A stretch of 60,130 bases of DNA, filler included, from Sandaracinaceae bacterium (GCA_947483975.1; 5 parts of 5 records of this genome joined end to end with filler, not necessarily neighbours in it); one strand, 5' to 3'. Numbered from the whole stretch's first letter, positions 1 to 10,370 are shown. Notes: generated from the letters alone by a model not told the origin. Numbers and translations: made by a program.

Positions 1-1403
1 CAGGGCGATCGCAAAGTCCCGGCGGCCCGCCGGGAGCCAGCCGTGCGTCGCGGAAGCGGCCTGACCGGGCCCATCGCATCGCCAGGCCGACGGTATCGGG
101 CTTCGAGCGGGTCGATCTCGATTGACGGCAGATCGCGAGGGTGATCCAAGGTGGGTGCTGGGCATCGTCCCGGCCAGCACCGGAGCCCCTGTGATGACCG
201 CCTCGCGATTCGACGTCCTGCTCACCATCACGCGCGACATGCCGGACCCACGGGAGCGCCGCGGGCTGCGGCATCCGATCTGGGAGGTTCTGTTCGTCGC
301 GCTCGTCGGGGTTCTCGCCGGAGCCGACGGCGCTGACGCCATCGAGATCTTCGGTATCGAAAACGAAGAGTGGTTCCGACGTCGTTGTGCGCTGCAACAT
401 GGCATTCCCTCGCAAGACACCTTCCTGCGCGTACTCGCGGCAATGGACCCTCGCGCCTTCGAGTCGCTGTTCCGTCGGTGGGTCGATGAGCTGTGGGGCG
501 AGCGCGGTGGTGACCACATCGCGATCGACGGCAAGACGCTCCGCGGCAGTTTCGATCGCGCCTCCGGAAGCAACGCAATCCACAGCGTCAGCGCGTATTT
601 GACCGAACACGGCTTATGCCTCGGCCAGGTGCGCGTGGAGCACAAAGAGAACGAGATCGTCGCGATTCCCGAACTGCTGGACCTCATCGACATCAAGGGC
701 ATGACGATCACGATCGATGCCATGGGATGCCAGCGTGCGATTGCCGCGAAGATCATCGACCGCCGCGGCAAATACGTACTTCAAGTCAAGGACAACCACC
801 CGACGCTGAACGCGCAGATTGGCACTTACTTCGCGGACGCCCGACGCGAATCACGTCCTCTCAACGACCCTGCGCCGAAGCTCACGACGCATCACGAGAC
901 CGACGCCGGACACGGACGCATCGAGGAGCGGACCATGACGGTGTCCCACGACCTCTCGTGGATCGACGACGCCGCGGCGTGGAAAGGCCTCGCCGGCATC
1001 GCGCACATCGAGCGCTCGCGGAGCGACGAGCGCACGGGCAAGACCTCGGTCGAGTCCGCGCACTTCATCTTCAGCGACGAACACGCGACGGCCGCGGACC
1101 TCCATCGCTACGTTCGCGACCACTGGGCGATCGAGAACTCACTTCACTGGGTCCTCGACATGACCTTTCACGAAGACCAGAGCCGCGTCCGCATGGGCCA
1201 CGCCGCCAAGAACTTCGCGACCCTGCGCCGCATGGCCCTCAACTTGCTCCGAACAGCGCCCAACCCGCCTCGGCACAAGAAGAAGCTCAGCATCCGCCAG
1301 AAGCGCACCGTCTGCGGTCTGAACGGGAACTACCGCGCCTCGGTCCTACGCCTCGCCGACTCGCCGCCCGAAAGCCCGGCGGGCTGACTTTGCGATTGCC
1401 CTG
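1..1403 (+). mobile_element. ISAs1-family insertion sequence, apparently complete
   Basis: 18-bp terminal inverted repeats CAGGGCGATCGCAAAGTC (1-18) and GACTTTGCGATTGCCCTG (1386-1403), 1 mismatch, enclosing one transposase ORF. The left flank lies outside the window, so the TSD cannot be checked. Confidence 0.93.
194..1387 (+). CDS. ISAs1-family DDE transposase
   Basis: Motifs PDPR..RGLRH, GIPSQDTF, IAIDGKTLRGS, KENEIVAIPELL, TIDAMGCQ, HGRIEER, HWAIENSLHWVLDMTFHED. ATG 194 preferred over TTG 122. Confidence 0.95.
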   Translation: MTASRFDVLLTITRDMPDPRERRGLRHPIWEVLFVALVGVLAGADGADAIEIFGIENEEWFRRRCALQHGIPSQDTFLRVLAAMDPRAFESLFRRWVDELWGERGGDHIAIDGKTLRGSFDRASGSNAIHSVSAYLTEHGLCLGQVRVEHKENEIVAIPELLDLIDIKGMTITIDAMGCQRAIAAKIIDRRGKYVLQVKDNHPTLNAQIGTYFADARRESRPLNDPAPKLTTHHETDAGHGRIEERTMTVSHDLSWIDDAAAWKGLAGIAHIERSRSDERTGKTSVESAHFIFSDEHATAADLHRYVRDHWAIENSLHWVLDMTFHEDQSRVRMGHAAKNFATLRRMALNLLRTAPNPPRHKKKLSIRQKRTVCGLNGNYRASVLRLADSPPESPAG

Positions 1404-1408
1404 GCGTG

Positions 1409-4207
1409 TTAGCGCGACGTTCGCCCGGGCGGACGGCGGAAGCCGCGGTCGAAGAGGCGCACTCGCCGCAGGAGCAAGTCGAGCACGAAGAGGCCGAGCG
1501 CCGCGTAGAGCAGCGGCGGCCAGAGCGGCTCGTGGTGCCGCACCTTCTCGCCGCGCGGCGCGAAGAGGCGCGCGGGCGTCGGCTCGCGGTCGCCACCGGT
1601 CAGCTCGGCCGTGTGGCTGAGGAGCGCCTCGTCTGGCTCGAGCGTCGCGTACTCGCGCGGGTACGGATTCGCGATCTGCGCGCGGCTCTCGGCGATGGGC
1701 CGCCCGTCGCGGGTGTGCACGGCTTCGAGCACGAACGAGCCGTAGCGCGCGAGCGGGAAGCGCGCCTCGTAGCGCCCCGGCGCCGTCTGTCGGAGCGCGT
1801 GCGTCTCGGTCTGTGCGGACTCGTCGGGCACGGCAGCGTCACTCGCCCCCGCAGCCTGCGTGCTCGGGCGTCGAGGCTCACGCGCGCCGAGGGGCCCGGT
1901 CAGCGTCACCTGACTCTCGAGCCCGTCCATGAAGCGATCGTCTTGGCCGATGGCGTCGACCTCGACGTGCACCTGCCCCTCCTCGATCGTCGCGCGCATA
2001 TCGAGGGTCTGCCGCCGACGCTGGCGCATGTGCTCGCGCACGAGCTGCGACCAGAACGGCTGAAATCCAGGCCAGCGCAGCCACTCGACCGCCCAGCGAT
2101 TCTTGACGTCGCTCGTCCATGCGAGCGACCAGCCGAGCCCGACGCGCCAGCGCGCGAGGAGCGGCTCACCGAGCTCCGAGCGGAGGATGACCTGCGCGGG
2201 CGAGGGCTTCGCCTGCGTCGCGACGTAGCCGTGGAGGAAGGGCGCGCTGCCGACGTCGACGCCCCGGAGAAAGTCCGCTGGCCCCGAGACGATGGGCTGG
2301 AAGTACTCCTCGACCGCGTTCGAGCGCGCGACGGTCGTCGTCTCCCGAGTGAAGATGCGCGGGATGTTGTGCGGGTCGACGGTGAAGTACGCGCGGCCGC
2401 CGCCGAGGTTCGCGAGGCCTTGCAGTAGCGAGCGGTTGACGTCGGTGCCTAGCCCGACGATCGACACGGTGATGCTCTCGGCGCGCATCGCCTGCACGAG
2501 CGTCTCGAGCCCTGTTTCTTGGGTCTGTCCGTCGGTCAGCAGGATCACGTGCTTGATGCGCGCGCGCGTCACGGCGAGGTCCTGGTAGGCCAGGTCGAGC
2601 GCGGGAAAGATCGCCGTCCCGCCCGACGCGGCGAGGCGGCCGATGTCGGTCAGAATGCGCAGGCGATTGGCCGCGCTCTGCATGCGGACGATGCGCACTG
2701 GCTGGGAGTCGAAGCCGACGACCTCGAGGTAGTCCTCGGCCGAGAGAATTTCGGCGGTGGCCTTCGCTGCGTCCTTGGCGAGCTCCACCTTGATGCCGGT
2801 CATCGAGCCGCTCTTGTCGATGACGAGGGCGAGCGCGAGGGACGGCTGATCGCGCCTGCGCTCGGCGTCCATGCGCACGGGGAGAAGCTCTTCGATCGCG
2901 GTGCCGCCCCAGCCGCCGAGGCCGAAGCCTTGCTCGCCGCCGGCCATCAGGAAGCCGCCGCCGAGGTCGCGCACATAGCGCTGCAGCGCGTCCATCTGGC
3001 CGAGCGAAACCTGCTCGGCGGGCACGTCCGAGAGCACGACGAAGTCGAAGCGCTCGAGGTCGCGCACGTTGGTCGGGAGCTCGCGCGGGCCGCGCACCTC
3101 GACCTCGTATTCGCCCGCGACGAGCGCGCGCGCGAGGTACGTCGCGTGCGAGGGATCGGACTCGACGATCAGCACCGCGGGCCGGCCCGGCACGATAGCG
3201 CTCGTCGCGAAGCGGTTGTTCGCGCGGAAGCGGTCTGGGCCCTGCGGGTCGACGTCCACGGTGTACGTCACGGGGCCCGGGACGCGCACGATGCTGCGTA
3301 GCTCGACCTCCGTCTCGCCGCGCGGCAGGTCGAGCTCGCGGGACGGATCGAGCGCGTTCGCGCTGTCGCCTTGGCGCAGCCGCAGGTGCAACTTGGTCGG
3401 TGCCGTCGCGAAGAGGCGCGCGCGCACGAAGAATGGCGCGCCGACCTCGATGCGGTCGGCCAGCGTCACGCTGCGCACCGCGACCTCCGCGGGCACGCCG
3501 CGGTGATAGGCGAAGTACGAGACGCGCACCCCGAACCGCTTCGCGCGGCTGGCCTCTGCGAGCAGGTTGCCCTCGGTCTGCGCGCCATCCGAGAGCAACA
3601 CCGCGCGACGCAGGAATCCCGGCGGAAACAGCCCGTAGGCGAGCTGCAGCGCGGACTCGAGGTTCGTCCCCGCGGCGGCGCTCTCGACTGCTCCCGCGGG
3701 CGTCGGCGGGCGCGGAATGGCTGGGATTGTCGGGCTCTCGGCGTCGAGCGGTACGACCCGCGGATGGCGCGCGAAGGCGACGAGCCGCACGTCGTTCTCG
3801 CCGCGGGCGCGCCACGCGGCCTGCACGATGGCGCGGGCATCGGCGAGCGACTCCTGCGTGACCGACTCCGACACATCGACGAGAAAGACCGTGCTGACCT
3901 TCGAGCTCTCGGTCGTGCGCGTCGGGCGCGCGAGGGCGAGCGTGAGCGCGGCGATCAGCGCCGAGCGGAGCGCGTAGGAGAGAGCGCGCTGCAATCGCGG
4001 CAGGTCCGCGAGCGAGTGCCGGAGCGCCCACGCGAGCAGCGGCACGACGGCGAGCGCGAAGAGCATCGTCGGCGCGATCAGCGTGTAGCGGTCCTCGCCG
4101 CGCACGAGCTCACGCGGACCGGCGGCGACGTACCACGCGACGAGCCCCGCGACGCCCGCAGCGAGGGAGCCGAACAGGAGCGCCTCGAGCGCGAGCCTGC
4201 GCTTCAT
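1409..4207 (-). CDS. Membrane-anchored double-VWA protein with GATase1-like (DUF1355-type) region
   Basis: Two MIDAS motifs (DVSES, DKSGS), LLSDG/LLTDG, GGGFLMAGG segment, N- and C-terminal TM helices. ATG 4207 overlaps the upstream stop (ATGA). Confidence 0.85.
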   Translation of the reverse strand: MKRRLALEALLFGSLAAGVAGLVAWYVAAGPRELVRGEDRYTLIAPTMLFALAVVPLLAWALRHSLADLPRLQRALSYALRSALIAALTLALARPTRTTESSKVSTVFLVDVSESVTQESLADARAIVQAAWRARGENDVRLVAFARHPRVVPLDAESPTIPAIPRPPTPAGAVESAAAGTNLESALQLAYGLFPPGFLRRAVLLSDGAQTEGNLLAEASRAKRFGVRVSYFAYHRGVPAEVAVRSVTLADRIEVGAPFFVRARLFATAPTKLHLRLRQGDSANALDPSRELDLPRGETEVELRSIVRVPGPVTYTVDVDPQGPDRFRANNRFATSAIVPGRPAVLIVESDPSHATYLARALVAGEYEVEVRGPRELPTNVRDLERFDFVVLSDVPAEQVSLGQMDALQRYVRDLGGGFLMAGGEQGFGLGGWGGTAIEELLPVRMDAERRRDQPSLALALVIDKSGSMTGIKVELAKDAAKATAEILSAEDYLEVVGFDSQPVRIVRMQSAANRLRILTDIGRLAASGGTAIFPALDLAYQDLAVTRARIKHVILLTDGQTQETGLETLVQAMRAESITVSIVGLGTDVNRSLLQGLANLGGGRAYFTVDPHNIPRIFTRETTTVARSNAVEEYFQPIVSGPADFLRGVDVGSAPFLHGYVATQAKPSPAQVILRSELGEPLLARWRVGLGWSLAWTSDVKNRWAVEWLRWPGFQPFWSQLVREHMRQRRRQTLDMRATIEEGQVHVEVDAIGQDDRFMDGLESQVTLTGPLGAREPRRPSTQAAGASDAAVPDESAQTETHALRQTAPGRYEARFPLARYGSFVLEAVHTRDGRPIAESRAQIANPYPREYATLEPDEALLSHTAELTGGDREPTPARLFAPRGEKVRHHEPLWPPLLYAALGLFVLDLLLRRVRLFDRGFRRPPGRTSR

Positions 4208-6102
4208 ACGGTCACCCGGCGATGGTAGGTCACCCACTCGACGCAGAGGAGCGCCAGCGCCGCGAGCACCAGCGCGAGCCACAGCTCTGCGCGGAGCCCG
4301 GCGCGTCCCGGCACGACGCGCCCTGCGGTCGTCGCCCCGACGACGAGGCGCGGCGCGGGGGCGATATCGAGCTCCTCGTCGTCGGCCATGTTGGCGGCGA
4401 AGACCTGCTCGACGGCGCTGCCCGCAGTCGACCGCGTGCGCAGCTTGTAGAAGCCCGCGCGCGTGCCGGCGACGATCGCGCGCCCCTCGACGACGGGGAC
4501 CGCACGCACGTCGCCGCTCGGCTCGATCACGCTCGCGTCGCGCGTGCCCGCGGGCACCGGCACGTGCCAGGTCTCGCCGGTGCGATAGCTCGAGAGGTAC
4601 GAGGCGTCGTCCTCGACGAACCAGTCGATCGAGTTGAGCAGCAGCAGCGGCCAAGCGACGCGCAGCGGCAGATCGCTGCGCCGCACGTCGAAGGTGAGCG
4701 CGACGAACTTCCGCCCGCCGCGCGTACCCGCGACGATCAGCGGTCCGCGCGCGTCTCCCGCGACGGCCTTGTCACCCGGCGCGAGGCGCACCGCGAGCGC
4801 GTCGGCGACGTTGACGTCGCGCAGCGCCGTCCAGCGCGTGAGCGGATGTCGGCGGTCGATCTGATCGAAGGTCGGACGCTCGATCGTGCCGGTCACCTCG
4901 AGCGGTCCCGTCGCGCCCGGTGCAGGCTGCGGATGCAGATAAATGGCGCTCGCGTCGGGCAAGGTCGGCGGGACCCAGTCGTCGAAGATGAGCACGTCGA
5001 AGCGTCCGCTCGGCGGGTACGCCTCCGGCGCGATCTCGGTCACGTCGAGGTACTCGTCGAGCAGCAGCGCCGCCTGCAAATACAGGTTCCCGCGCGTGAC
5101 GCAGAGCACGCGCGCGCGGCGTCGCTCGGGCAGACGGGCGTAGGCGCGGTCGTCCGCGGGTTGGTCGTCGTGCGCGCCGCCGGAGAGCGTGAGGCGCGCC
5201 TCGAGCGTGCGGTCCGCGCCCGAGATGTCCTGAAAAATGCGGGAGAGCCGCTCGCCCTTGGCGACGTGAAGTTGCTGCACGTCGATCGGCTGCCCGTCGC
5301 CGAGCAGCGTCAGTTCGACCGACTCGTCGCGGTCCCCCGCGTTGCGCAGCTCGACGAGCACCTCGCTGCGGCTCTTGTCGAGCGGGTAGCGGCGCACGCT
5401 GAACGCGGTGAGGCCGACGTTGCGCTTCCCGCGCCCGACCTTCACGTAGCGCAGCGCGACGTCGCCGAGCGCGACCTCGCCCTCGTCGTCACGCGCGGCG
5501 CCGAGGTGCCCGTCCGACACGACGATGACCTCGGGGTGCGGCTGATCGCGCAGCACATCGAGCGCGAAGCGCAGCCCCGCCGGCAGCGACGCGGCGACCT
5601 CCGTCGGGGTGATCGACGCGAGCGCCTCGCGCAGCACGGGGACGTCGTCGGTCATCGGCGACACGGGGGTCGTCTGCGCCTCCATGCGCGCGAGGAGCAC
5701 GCGGTCGTTCGGACCGAGCCCGTCGAGCAGCTTGCGCACTTCTTCCTTCGCCTTCGCGAGGCGGGAAGGGCGCACGTCCGTCGCCTGCATCGACGCGCTC
5801 GCGTCGACGAGCACGACGAGGCTGCGTCCCGCGGCGCGCGCGCCCTTCCAGCGCGGATCGCCGAGCGCGGTCGCGAGGAGCGCGACGAGCAGCAGCGCGA
5901 GCAGGAGGGAGAGCAGGCGCTTGAGCTGAGAAAACAGCCGCGTCGTGCGCTCGTCGGCGAGCACCTGATCCCAGAGCCGCACGAACGGCACCGCGACTTG
6001 GCGCCTGCGCAGCTTGAGCAGATAGAGCGCGACGACGAGCGCGCCGACGATGCCGAGCACCGTGAGCACCTGCGCGAGCGAGAGTCCCGCAAGCTCGATC
6101 AC
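4204..6102 (-). CDS. BatA N-terminal + VWA domain protein
   Basis: N-terminal LYLLKLRRRQVAVPFVRLW (BatA-like), MIDAS DASASM, VVSDG, C-terminal TM ending in EW..YHRR. Confidence 0.85.
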   Translation of the reverse strand: MIELAGLSLAQVLTVLGIVGALVVALYLLKLRRRQVAVPFVRLWDQVLADERTTRLFSQLKRLLSLLLALLLVALLATALGDPRWKGARAAGRSLVVLVDASASMQATDVRPSRLAKAKEEVRKLLDGLGPNDRVLLARMEAQTTPVSPMTDDVPVLREALASITPTEVAASLPAGLRFALDVLRDQPHPEVIVVSDGHLGAARDDEGEVALGDVALRYVKVGRGKRNVGLTAFSVRRYPLDKSRSEVLVELRNAGDRDESVELTLLGDGQPIDVQQLHVAKGERLSRIFQDISGADRTLEARLTLSGGAHDDQPADDRAYARLPERRRARVLCVTRGNLYLQAALLLDEYLDVTEIAPEAYPPSGRFDVLIFDDWVPPTLPDASAIYLHPQPAPGATGPLEVTGTIERPTFDQIDRRHPLTRWTALRDVNVADALAVRLAPGDKAVAGDARGPLIVAGTRGGRKFVALTFDVRRSDLPLRVAWPLLLLNSIDWFVEDDASYLSSYRTGETWHVPVPAGTRDASVIEPSGDVRAVPVVEGRAIVAGTRAGFYKLRTRSTAGSAVEQVFAANMADDEELDIAPAPRLVVGATTAGRVVPGRAGLRAELWLALVLAALALLCVEWVTYHRRVTV

Positions 6103-6106
6103 GCGC

Positions 6107-7066
6107 TCACCCGAGCATCCCGCCGCGCCGCAAGATGCGCAGAATCGCCTCGTCGAACGGCGTGCTCGTCTCGACCGGATAGTACGCGACCTGCTTCTCG
6201 GCGCAGAAGCGCTCGATGCGCGCTCGGTAGGCGTCGTGCGCCTTCGCGTAGCGGTCGAGCACGCGCGGCGTGACGGTGATCTCTCGCGCTTCGCCGGTCT
6301 CCTCGTCGACGAGGCGGACGTCGCCGTGGAGCGGCGGGCGCACCTCGCTCGGGTCGAACACCTGGATGACGTGCGTCTCGAACTTCTGAAAACGGAGGAC
6401 GTTGATGCCGTCCTCGAAGCCCTTCGGATCGTAGAGGTCGCTGATCACGATGGCGACGCCGCGCCGCTTGTTCTGCGCGACGAAGGTGCGCATCGCGTCG
6501 GCGAGCCCCGTCGGCCCATCGGCTTGCTGCTCGCGGAGAAACTTGAACGCCGTGAAGATGCGGTTCTTGCCGCGCGTCGGCGGCAGGCGCCCGCGCAGGG
6601 CGTCGTCGAAGGTGACGAGCGACACGCGATCGAGCCCCGCGAGCGAGATGTACGCGAGCGCGGCGGCGAGGCGCTTGGCGTAGTCGAGCTTGGGCGGAGC
6701 GCCGAACGCCATCGAGCGCGAGCGGTCGAGCAGCACGTAGACCGAGAGGTCCTCCTCCTCCTCGAAGAGGCGCAGGAGCAAGCGGCCCGAGCGCCCGTAG
6801 ACGTTCCAGTCGAGGTAGCGGAAGTCGTCGCCCGCCGAGTACTCCCGATGGTCCGCGAACTCGATGCCGCTGCCCGTCTTCTTCGAGCGACGCTCGGCGC
6901 GCGTGCGCCCTTGATGCATCCGCCGCGCGGCGAGCGCGAGCATCTCGAGCTTCGCCTGGAAGTGCTCGTCGAAGAGGTCGTCGAAGAGGTCGTCGCCCTC
7001 GCGCGCGCCCGTCGGCGACGAGGCCGCAGCAGCCGAACTCTTCCCGCGTCGGAGCCAGCCGAACAC
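6107..7066 (-). CDS. DUF58 domain protein
   Basis: GSGIEFADHREYSAGDDFRYLDWN, LLDRSRSM, VISDL; directly downstream of MoxR. Confidence 0.92.
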   Translation of the reverse strand: MFGWLRRGKSSAAAASSPTGAREGDDLFDDLFDEHFQAKLEMLALAARRMHQGRTRAERRSKKTGSGIEFADHREYSAGDDFRYLDWNVYGRSGRLLLRLFEEEEDLSVYVLLDRSRSMAFGAPPKLDYAKRLAAALAYISLAGLDRVSLVTFDDALRGRLPPTRGKNRIFTAFKFLREQQADGPTGLADAMRTFVAQNKRRGVAIVISDLYDPKGFEDGINVLRFQKFETHVIQVFDPSEVRPPLHGDVRLVDEETGEAREITVTPRVLDRYAKAHDAYRARIERFCAEKQVAYYPVETSTPFDEAILRILRRGGMLG

Positions 7067-7074
7067 TCAGCGCC

Positions 7075-8103
7075 TCAGGTCTTCGCCGACTTGGGCGCGG
7101 TCTCGGGCACCGTGCGCAGGATCTCGTCGAGCACCTGATCGGTGCGCACGCCCTCTGCCTCGCCCTCGAAGTTGAGGATCATGCGGTGTCGGAGCGCCGC
7201 CTTCGCGACGGCGCGCACGTCGTCGACCGAGGTGCCGAAGCGCCCTCCGAAGAGCGCCTGGATCTTCGCCGCGACGAGGATCGACTGCGCGCCGCGCGGG
7301 CTCGCGCCGAAGCGCACGAACTTGCGGACGAGCTCTGGGCCCGCGGAGGTCTGCCCGCGCGCCGGCGGGTGGGTCGCCTCGACGAGGCGAATCGCGTAGT
7401 CCTGTACGTGCCGCGCGACCGCGACGTCGCGCACGACGCGCATCAGCTCGAGCACGCGCTTTCGGTTGAGCACGGGCTTGATCTGCGGGACCTCGGCGCC
7501 CGTCGTGCGGTCGAGGATCGTGTGCAGCTCTTCGCGCGAGGGGAATTCGACGTGCAGCTTGAACAGGAAGCGATCGAGCTGCGCCTCGGGCAGCGGATAC
7601 GTGCCCTCCATCTCGAGCGGGTTCTGGGTCGCGAGCACGAAGAACGGCTGGTCGAGCGCGTGCGTCGTCTTGGCGACCGTGACCGAGTGCTCCTGCATCG
7701 CCTCGAGCAGCGCGCTCTGCGTCTTCGGCGTCGCGCGGTTCACCTCGTCGGCGAGCACGATGTTCGCGAAGATGGGCCCCGGGCGAAACTGGAACTCCTT
7801 GTGGCCCGTCGCGTCCTCGTCGATCACCGTCGTGCCGAGGATGTCCGCGGGCATCAGGTCGGGCGTGAATTGCACGCGGGAGAATTTGAGCTCGAGCGCC
7901 TCGCTCAGCGTGCGCACGAGCATCGTCTTGCCGAGCCCGGGCACACCCTCGAGGAGCGCATGGCCGCCCGCGAGCAGGCAGGTCAGCACGCCATCGACGA
8001 TGGGCGCCTGGCCGACGATGCGCTTGGCGATCTCGGCGCGCAGGGTCGCGACGTCGCGACCGAAGGCGGCGACGTCCGCCGCGGGGTCTCTCTTCTCGCT
8101 CAT
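7075..8103 (-). CDS. moxR: MoxR-family AAA+ ATPase
   Basis: GVPGLGKT, RVQFTPDLMPAD, LADEVNRATPKTQSALLEAMQE, TQNPLEMEGTYPLPEAQLDRF, GASPRG. Confidence 0.96.
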   Translation of the reverse strand: MSEKRDPAADVAAFGRDVATLRAEIAKRIVGQAPIVDGVLTCLLAGGHALLEGVPGLGKTMLVRTLSEALELKFSRVQFTPDLMPADILGTTVIDEDATGHKEFQFRPGPIFANIVLADEVNRATPKTQSALLEAMQEHSVTVAKTTHALDQPFFVLATQNPLEMEGTYPLPEAQLDRFLFKLHVEFPSREELHTILDRTTGAEVPQIKPVLNRKRVLELMRVVRDVAVARHVQDYAIRLVEATHPPARGQTSAGPELVRKFVRFGASPRGAQSILVAAKIQALFGGRFGTSVDDVRAVAKAALRHRMILNFEGEAEGVRTDQVLDEILRTVPETAPKSAKT

Positions 8104-10169
8104 GGGTGGCTCTCTCTCGGTCGAATCAGCTGGAAATAGCGGCGCACGTAGAAGCGATAGCCGCCGGGGATCTGATCCTGTTCGAGCACTTCTTCGGCGT
8201 GCGACTCGTAGTCCACGAAGACGCGCTGATAGTCGTGCGACGCGAAGCCGCGCTCCGCTGCGCCGAGGATGACCTCGCTGCGCGTGGGGCCGCGCCCCGC
8301 TTGCTCGCCGTCGACGCGCGTCGCTTGCCGCGCTCCGCCGAGGCTCGTCGGGTCGGCGAGCGTCGTCGGGTCGTGGCCGACCCCCGCGCCGGGGCCTGGC
8401 GCTCCTTGCGCGGTCTGCTCGCCGCCTTGGCCGGGGCGGCTGCCGGCGCCGGGCATCTCCAAGACAGTGTCGCCGCCTTGCCCGGGCATCAGGACGCGCT
8501 GGCCCCCTTGTCCCGGCTGTCCAGCGCCTTGCCCTTGGGCGCCTTGTCCGGCTTGTCCAGGTTGCCCGCTTTGTCCCGGCTGCCCCGCCTGTCCGGCTTG
8601 GCCCTGCTGCCCACTCTGCCCGGGCTGTCCCGCGCCGCGCGCGCGCTGAACGAAGCGGTCCATCGGCGACTGGCCTTGCTGTCCTTGCTGTCCCTGCTGT
8701 CCCTGCTGCCCTTGCTGCCCTTGCTGTCCCTGCTGCCCTTGCTGTCCTTGCTGCCCTTGCTGCCCTTGCTGTCCCTGCTGTCCCTGCTGTCCCTGCTGTC
8801 CCTGCTGGCCGTTCTGGGCCTGCTGCTCGCGCTGCCGACGCACGAGCTCGCGCAGCTCCGAGAGGCGCTCTTCGAGCGAGCGGCGCTGCTCTTCGCTCTG
8901 CTGCTCGCGCCCCATGCGGTTCAGCTCTTCTGCGCTGCGGTCGAGGCTCTGCGAGGCTTGCTCCTGGTCGTGCTGCCCGAGGCTCTCCGCCGCTTGCTGC
9001 AGCTCACGCTGCAGCCTCTCGAGGCGCCGCCTCTGCTCTTGGGACGCGGTGCTCTGCCGCTCGAGGTGCTCGAGCTCGCGGCGGCGACGCTCGAGGAGGC
9101 GTCGCTCGGGCTCGGGCTGCGGCTGCTTCTCGGCTTGTTGCTCTTGCTGTCGCTGGAGCAGGCGCTGCATCTCTTCTCGTCGCTGCTGGAGCTCGCTCTC
9201 CGAGGGCGCGGGAGGCTGCGCCGCAGCCGCGCGCGCGAGCGCTTCGCGGAGCCTGTCGAGGTCACGCTGGCTCGGCGGGTGCTCGCGGAGGGCGGCCGCG
9301 AGGCGCTGCATTTCTTGGGCGGCGCGCCGCGCATCGGACTCTCGGAGCGCCTCGGCGGCGGCCTCCGTCTGCGGCGAGCGCGAGAGCTCCTGCGCGATCT
9401 GGGAGAGCGTGTCGCGCATCTCGTTGGCGTCCGCGCGGCGTGCTTCCTCGAGGGACTCCTGCACCTGCTGGAGCTGCCGGAGCGCCTCCGTACGGTCGAG
9501 GCGGCGCTCGCCGAGATCGGTGACGAGCTGCTCGAAGCGCTCAGCGGCGGCGCGCACCTCGGGCGTGAGCTCAGGCGTCTCGAGCGCCGCGCGCACCTCG
9601 CCGTGAAACGCGTCGACGTCGTCCGCGTGCAGCCCGATGGTCGGGCGGGGCGCGCGCCTCGGCGGGCGCACGCTGACTCGCGCCGGCACCTCGACGAACG
9701 AGAGCGCGGCGACCGCGAGCGCGAGCCCCGCGACGAAGATGGTGTCGCGCGGCACGCGGAGCGGCAGGGCGCGCTTCGGGACGAGCGTCGTCGCGCGTGC
9801 GACCGCGTCGTCGACGGCGGCGCTCATGAACGGCGTGCGCTCGGCGGCGGGCAGCGCGGTGAACGACAGCGCGCTCGCGGTCCGGTCGTGGAGGTCGTGC
9901 GCCCGATCGAGGAGCTGCGCGGCGACGAGCGGAGGCACGCTGCGCAGCGCGCCGACCAACGCGCCGAGCACAGGCAGCGCCGCGGCCCCGAGGAACCACG
10001 GCAGCTCGTGCGCGCGGGGGAGGGCGCTCAGTTTGCTGGCGAGGAGCACCGCGGCGGCGACGCCGAGCCCGGCGAGCGAGAGCTTCGCGCCGAGGTCGAG
10101 CGCCCGCTGCGCGCGCAGGCGCAGCGTGACGGCACGGACGGGGCGCAGCAGCGGGGCGAGGTCGGTCAT
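8100..10169 (-). CDS. Membrane-anchored coiled-coil Gln/Gly-rich protein (DUF4175-like), first gene of the MoxR operon
   Basis: Three N-terminal hydrophobic segments, LHDRTASAL, long E/Q/R coiled coil, (GQQ)n tract, C-terminal IPGGYRFYVRRYF. Stop overlaps the moxR start. Confidence 0.75.
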   Translation of the reverse strand: MTDLAPLLRPVRAVTLRLRAQRALDLGAKLSLAGLGVAAAVLLASKLSALPRAHELPWFLGAAALPVLGALVGALRSVPPLVAAQLLDRAHDLHDRTASALSFTALPAAERTPFMSAAVDDAVARATTLVPKRALPLRVPRDTIFVAGLALAVAALSFVEVPARVSVRPPRRAPRPTIGLHADDVDAFHGEVRAALETPELTPEVRAAAERFEQLVTDLGERRLDRTEALRQLQQVQESLEEARRADANEMRDTLSQIAQELSRSPQTEAAAEALRESDARRAAQEMQRLAAALREHPPSQRDLDRLREALARAAAAQPPAPSESELQQRREEMQRLLQRQQEQQAEKQPQPEPERRLLERRRRELEHLERQSTASQEQRRRLERLQRELQQAAESLGQHDQEQASQSLDRSAEELNRMGREQQSEEQRRSLEERLSELRELVRRQREQQAQNGQQGQQGQQGQQGQQGQQGQQGQQGQQGQQGQQGQQGQQGQQGQQGQSPMDRFVQRARGAGQPGQSGQQGQAGQAGQPGQSGQPGQAGQGAQGQGAGQPGQGGQRVLMPGQGGDTVLEMPGAGSRPGQGGEQTAQGAPGPGAGVGHDPTTLADPTSLGGARQATRVDGEQAGRGPTRSEVILGAAERGFASHDYQRVFVDYESHAEEVLEQDQIPGGYRFYVRRYFQLIRPRESHP
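8672..8810 (-). repeat. 9-bp coding tandem repeat, about 15 copies of GQQ
   Basis: Plus-strand units of the form (C/T)CC(C/T)TGCTG in tandem, with synonymous variation. Confidence 0.9.
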
Positions 10170-10370
10170 CGTCTGGTGGACAGCCCGGAGGCGCGGAGGG
10201 CTGGGTGGCAGACGTTCGGCACGAGCGAAATGTTTCCGCGGTCGCAGAGGGCGACCGGCACGCGGCGGGATCATACGCGAATCGTCGCCCGGGGGCAGGC
10301 AGTGGCGGGACGGCCCGAAATGGGACTCACACACGTTTCTGGCGGCGAGCCGCGGCGCCCCGCTACGCTT

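Noticed and set aside
8106..10370. 1401-aa ORF as one giant transglycosylase
   Set aside because: The first ~755 codons are the antisense shadow of the coiled-coil gene; the signal peptide begins at 10371-10377.
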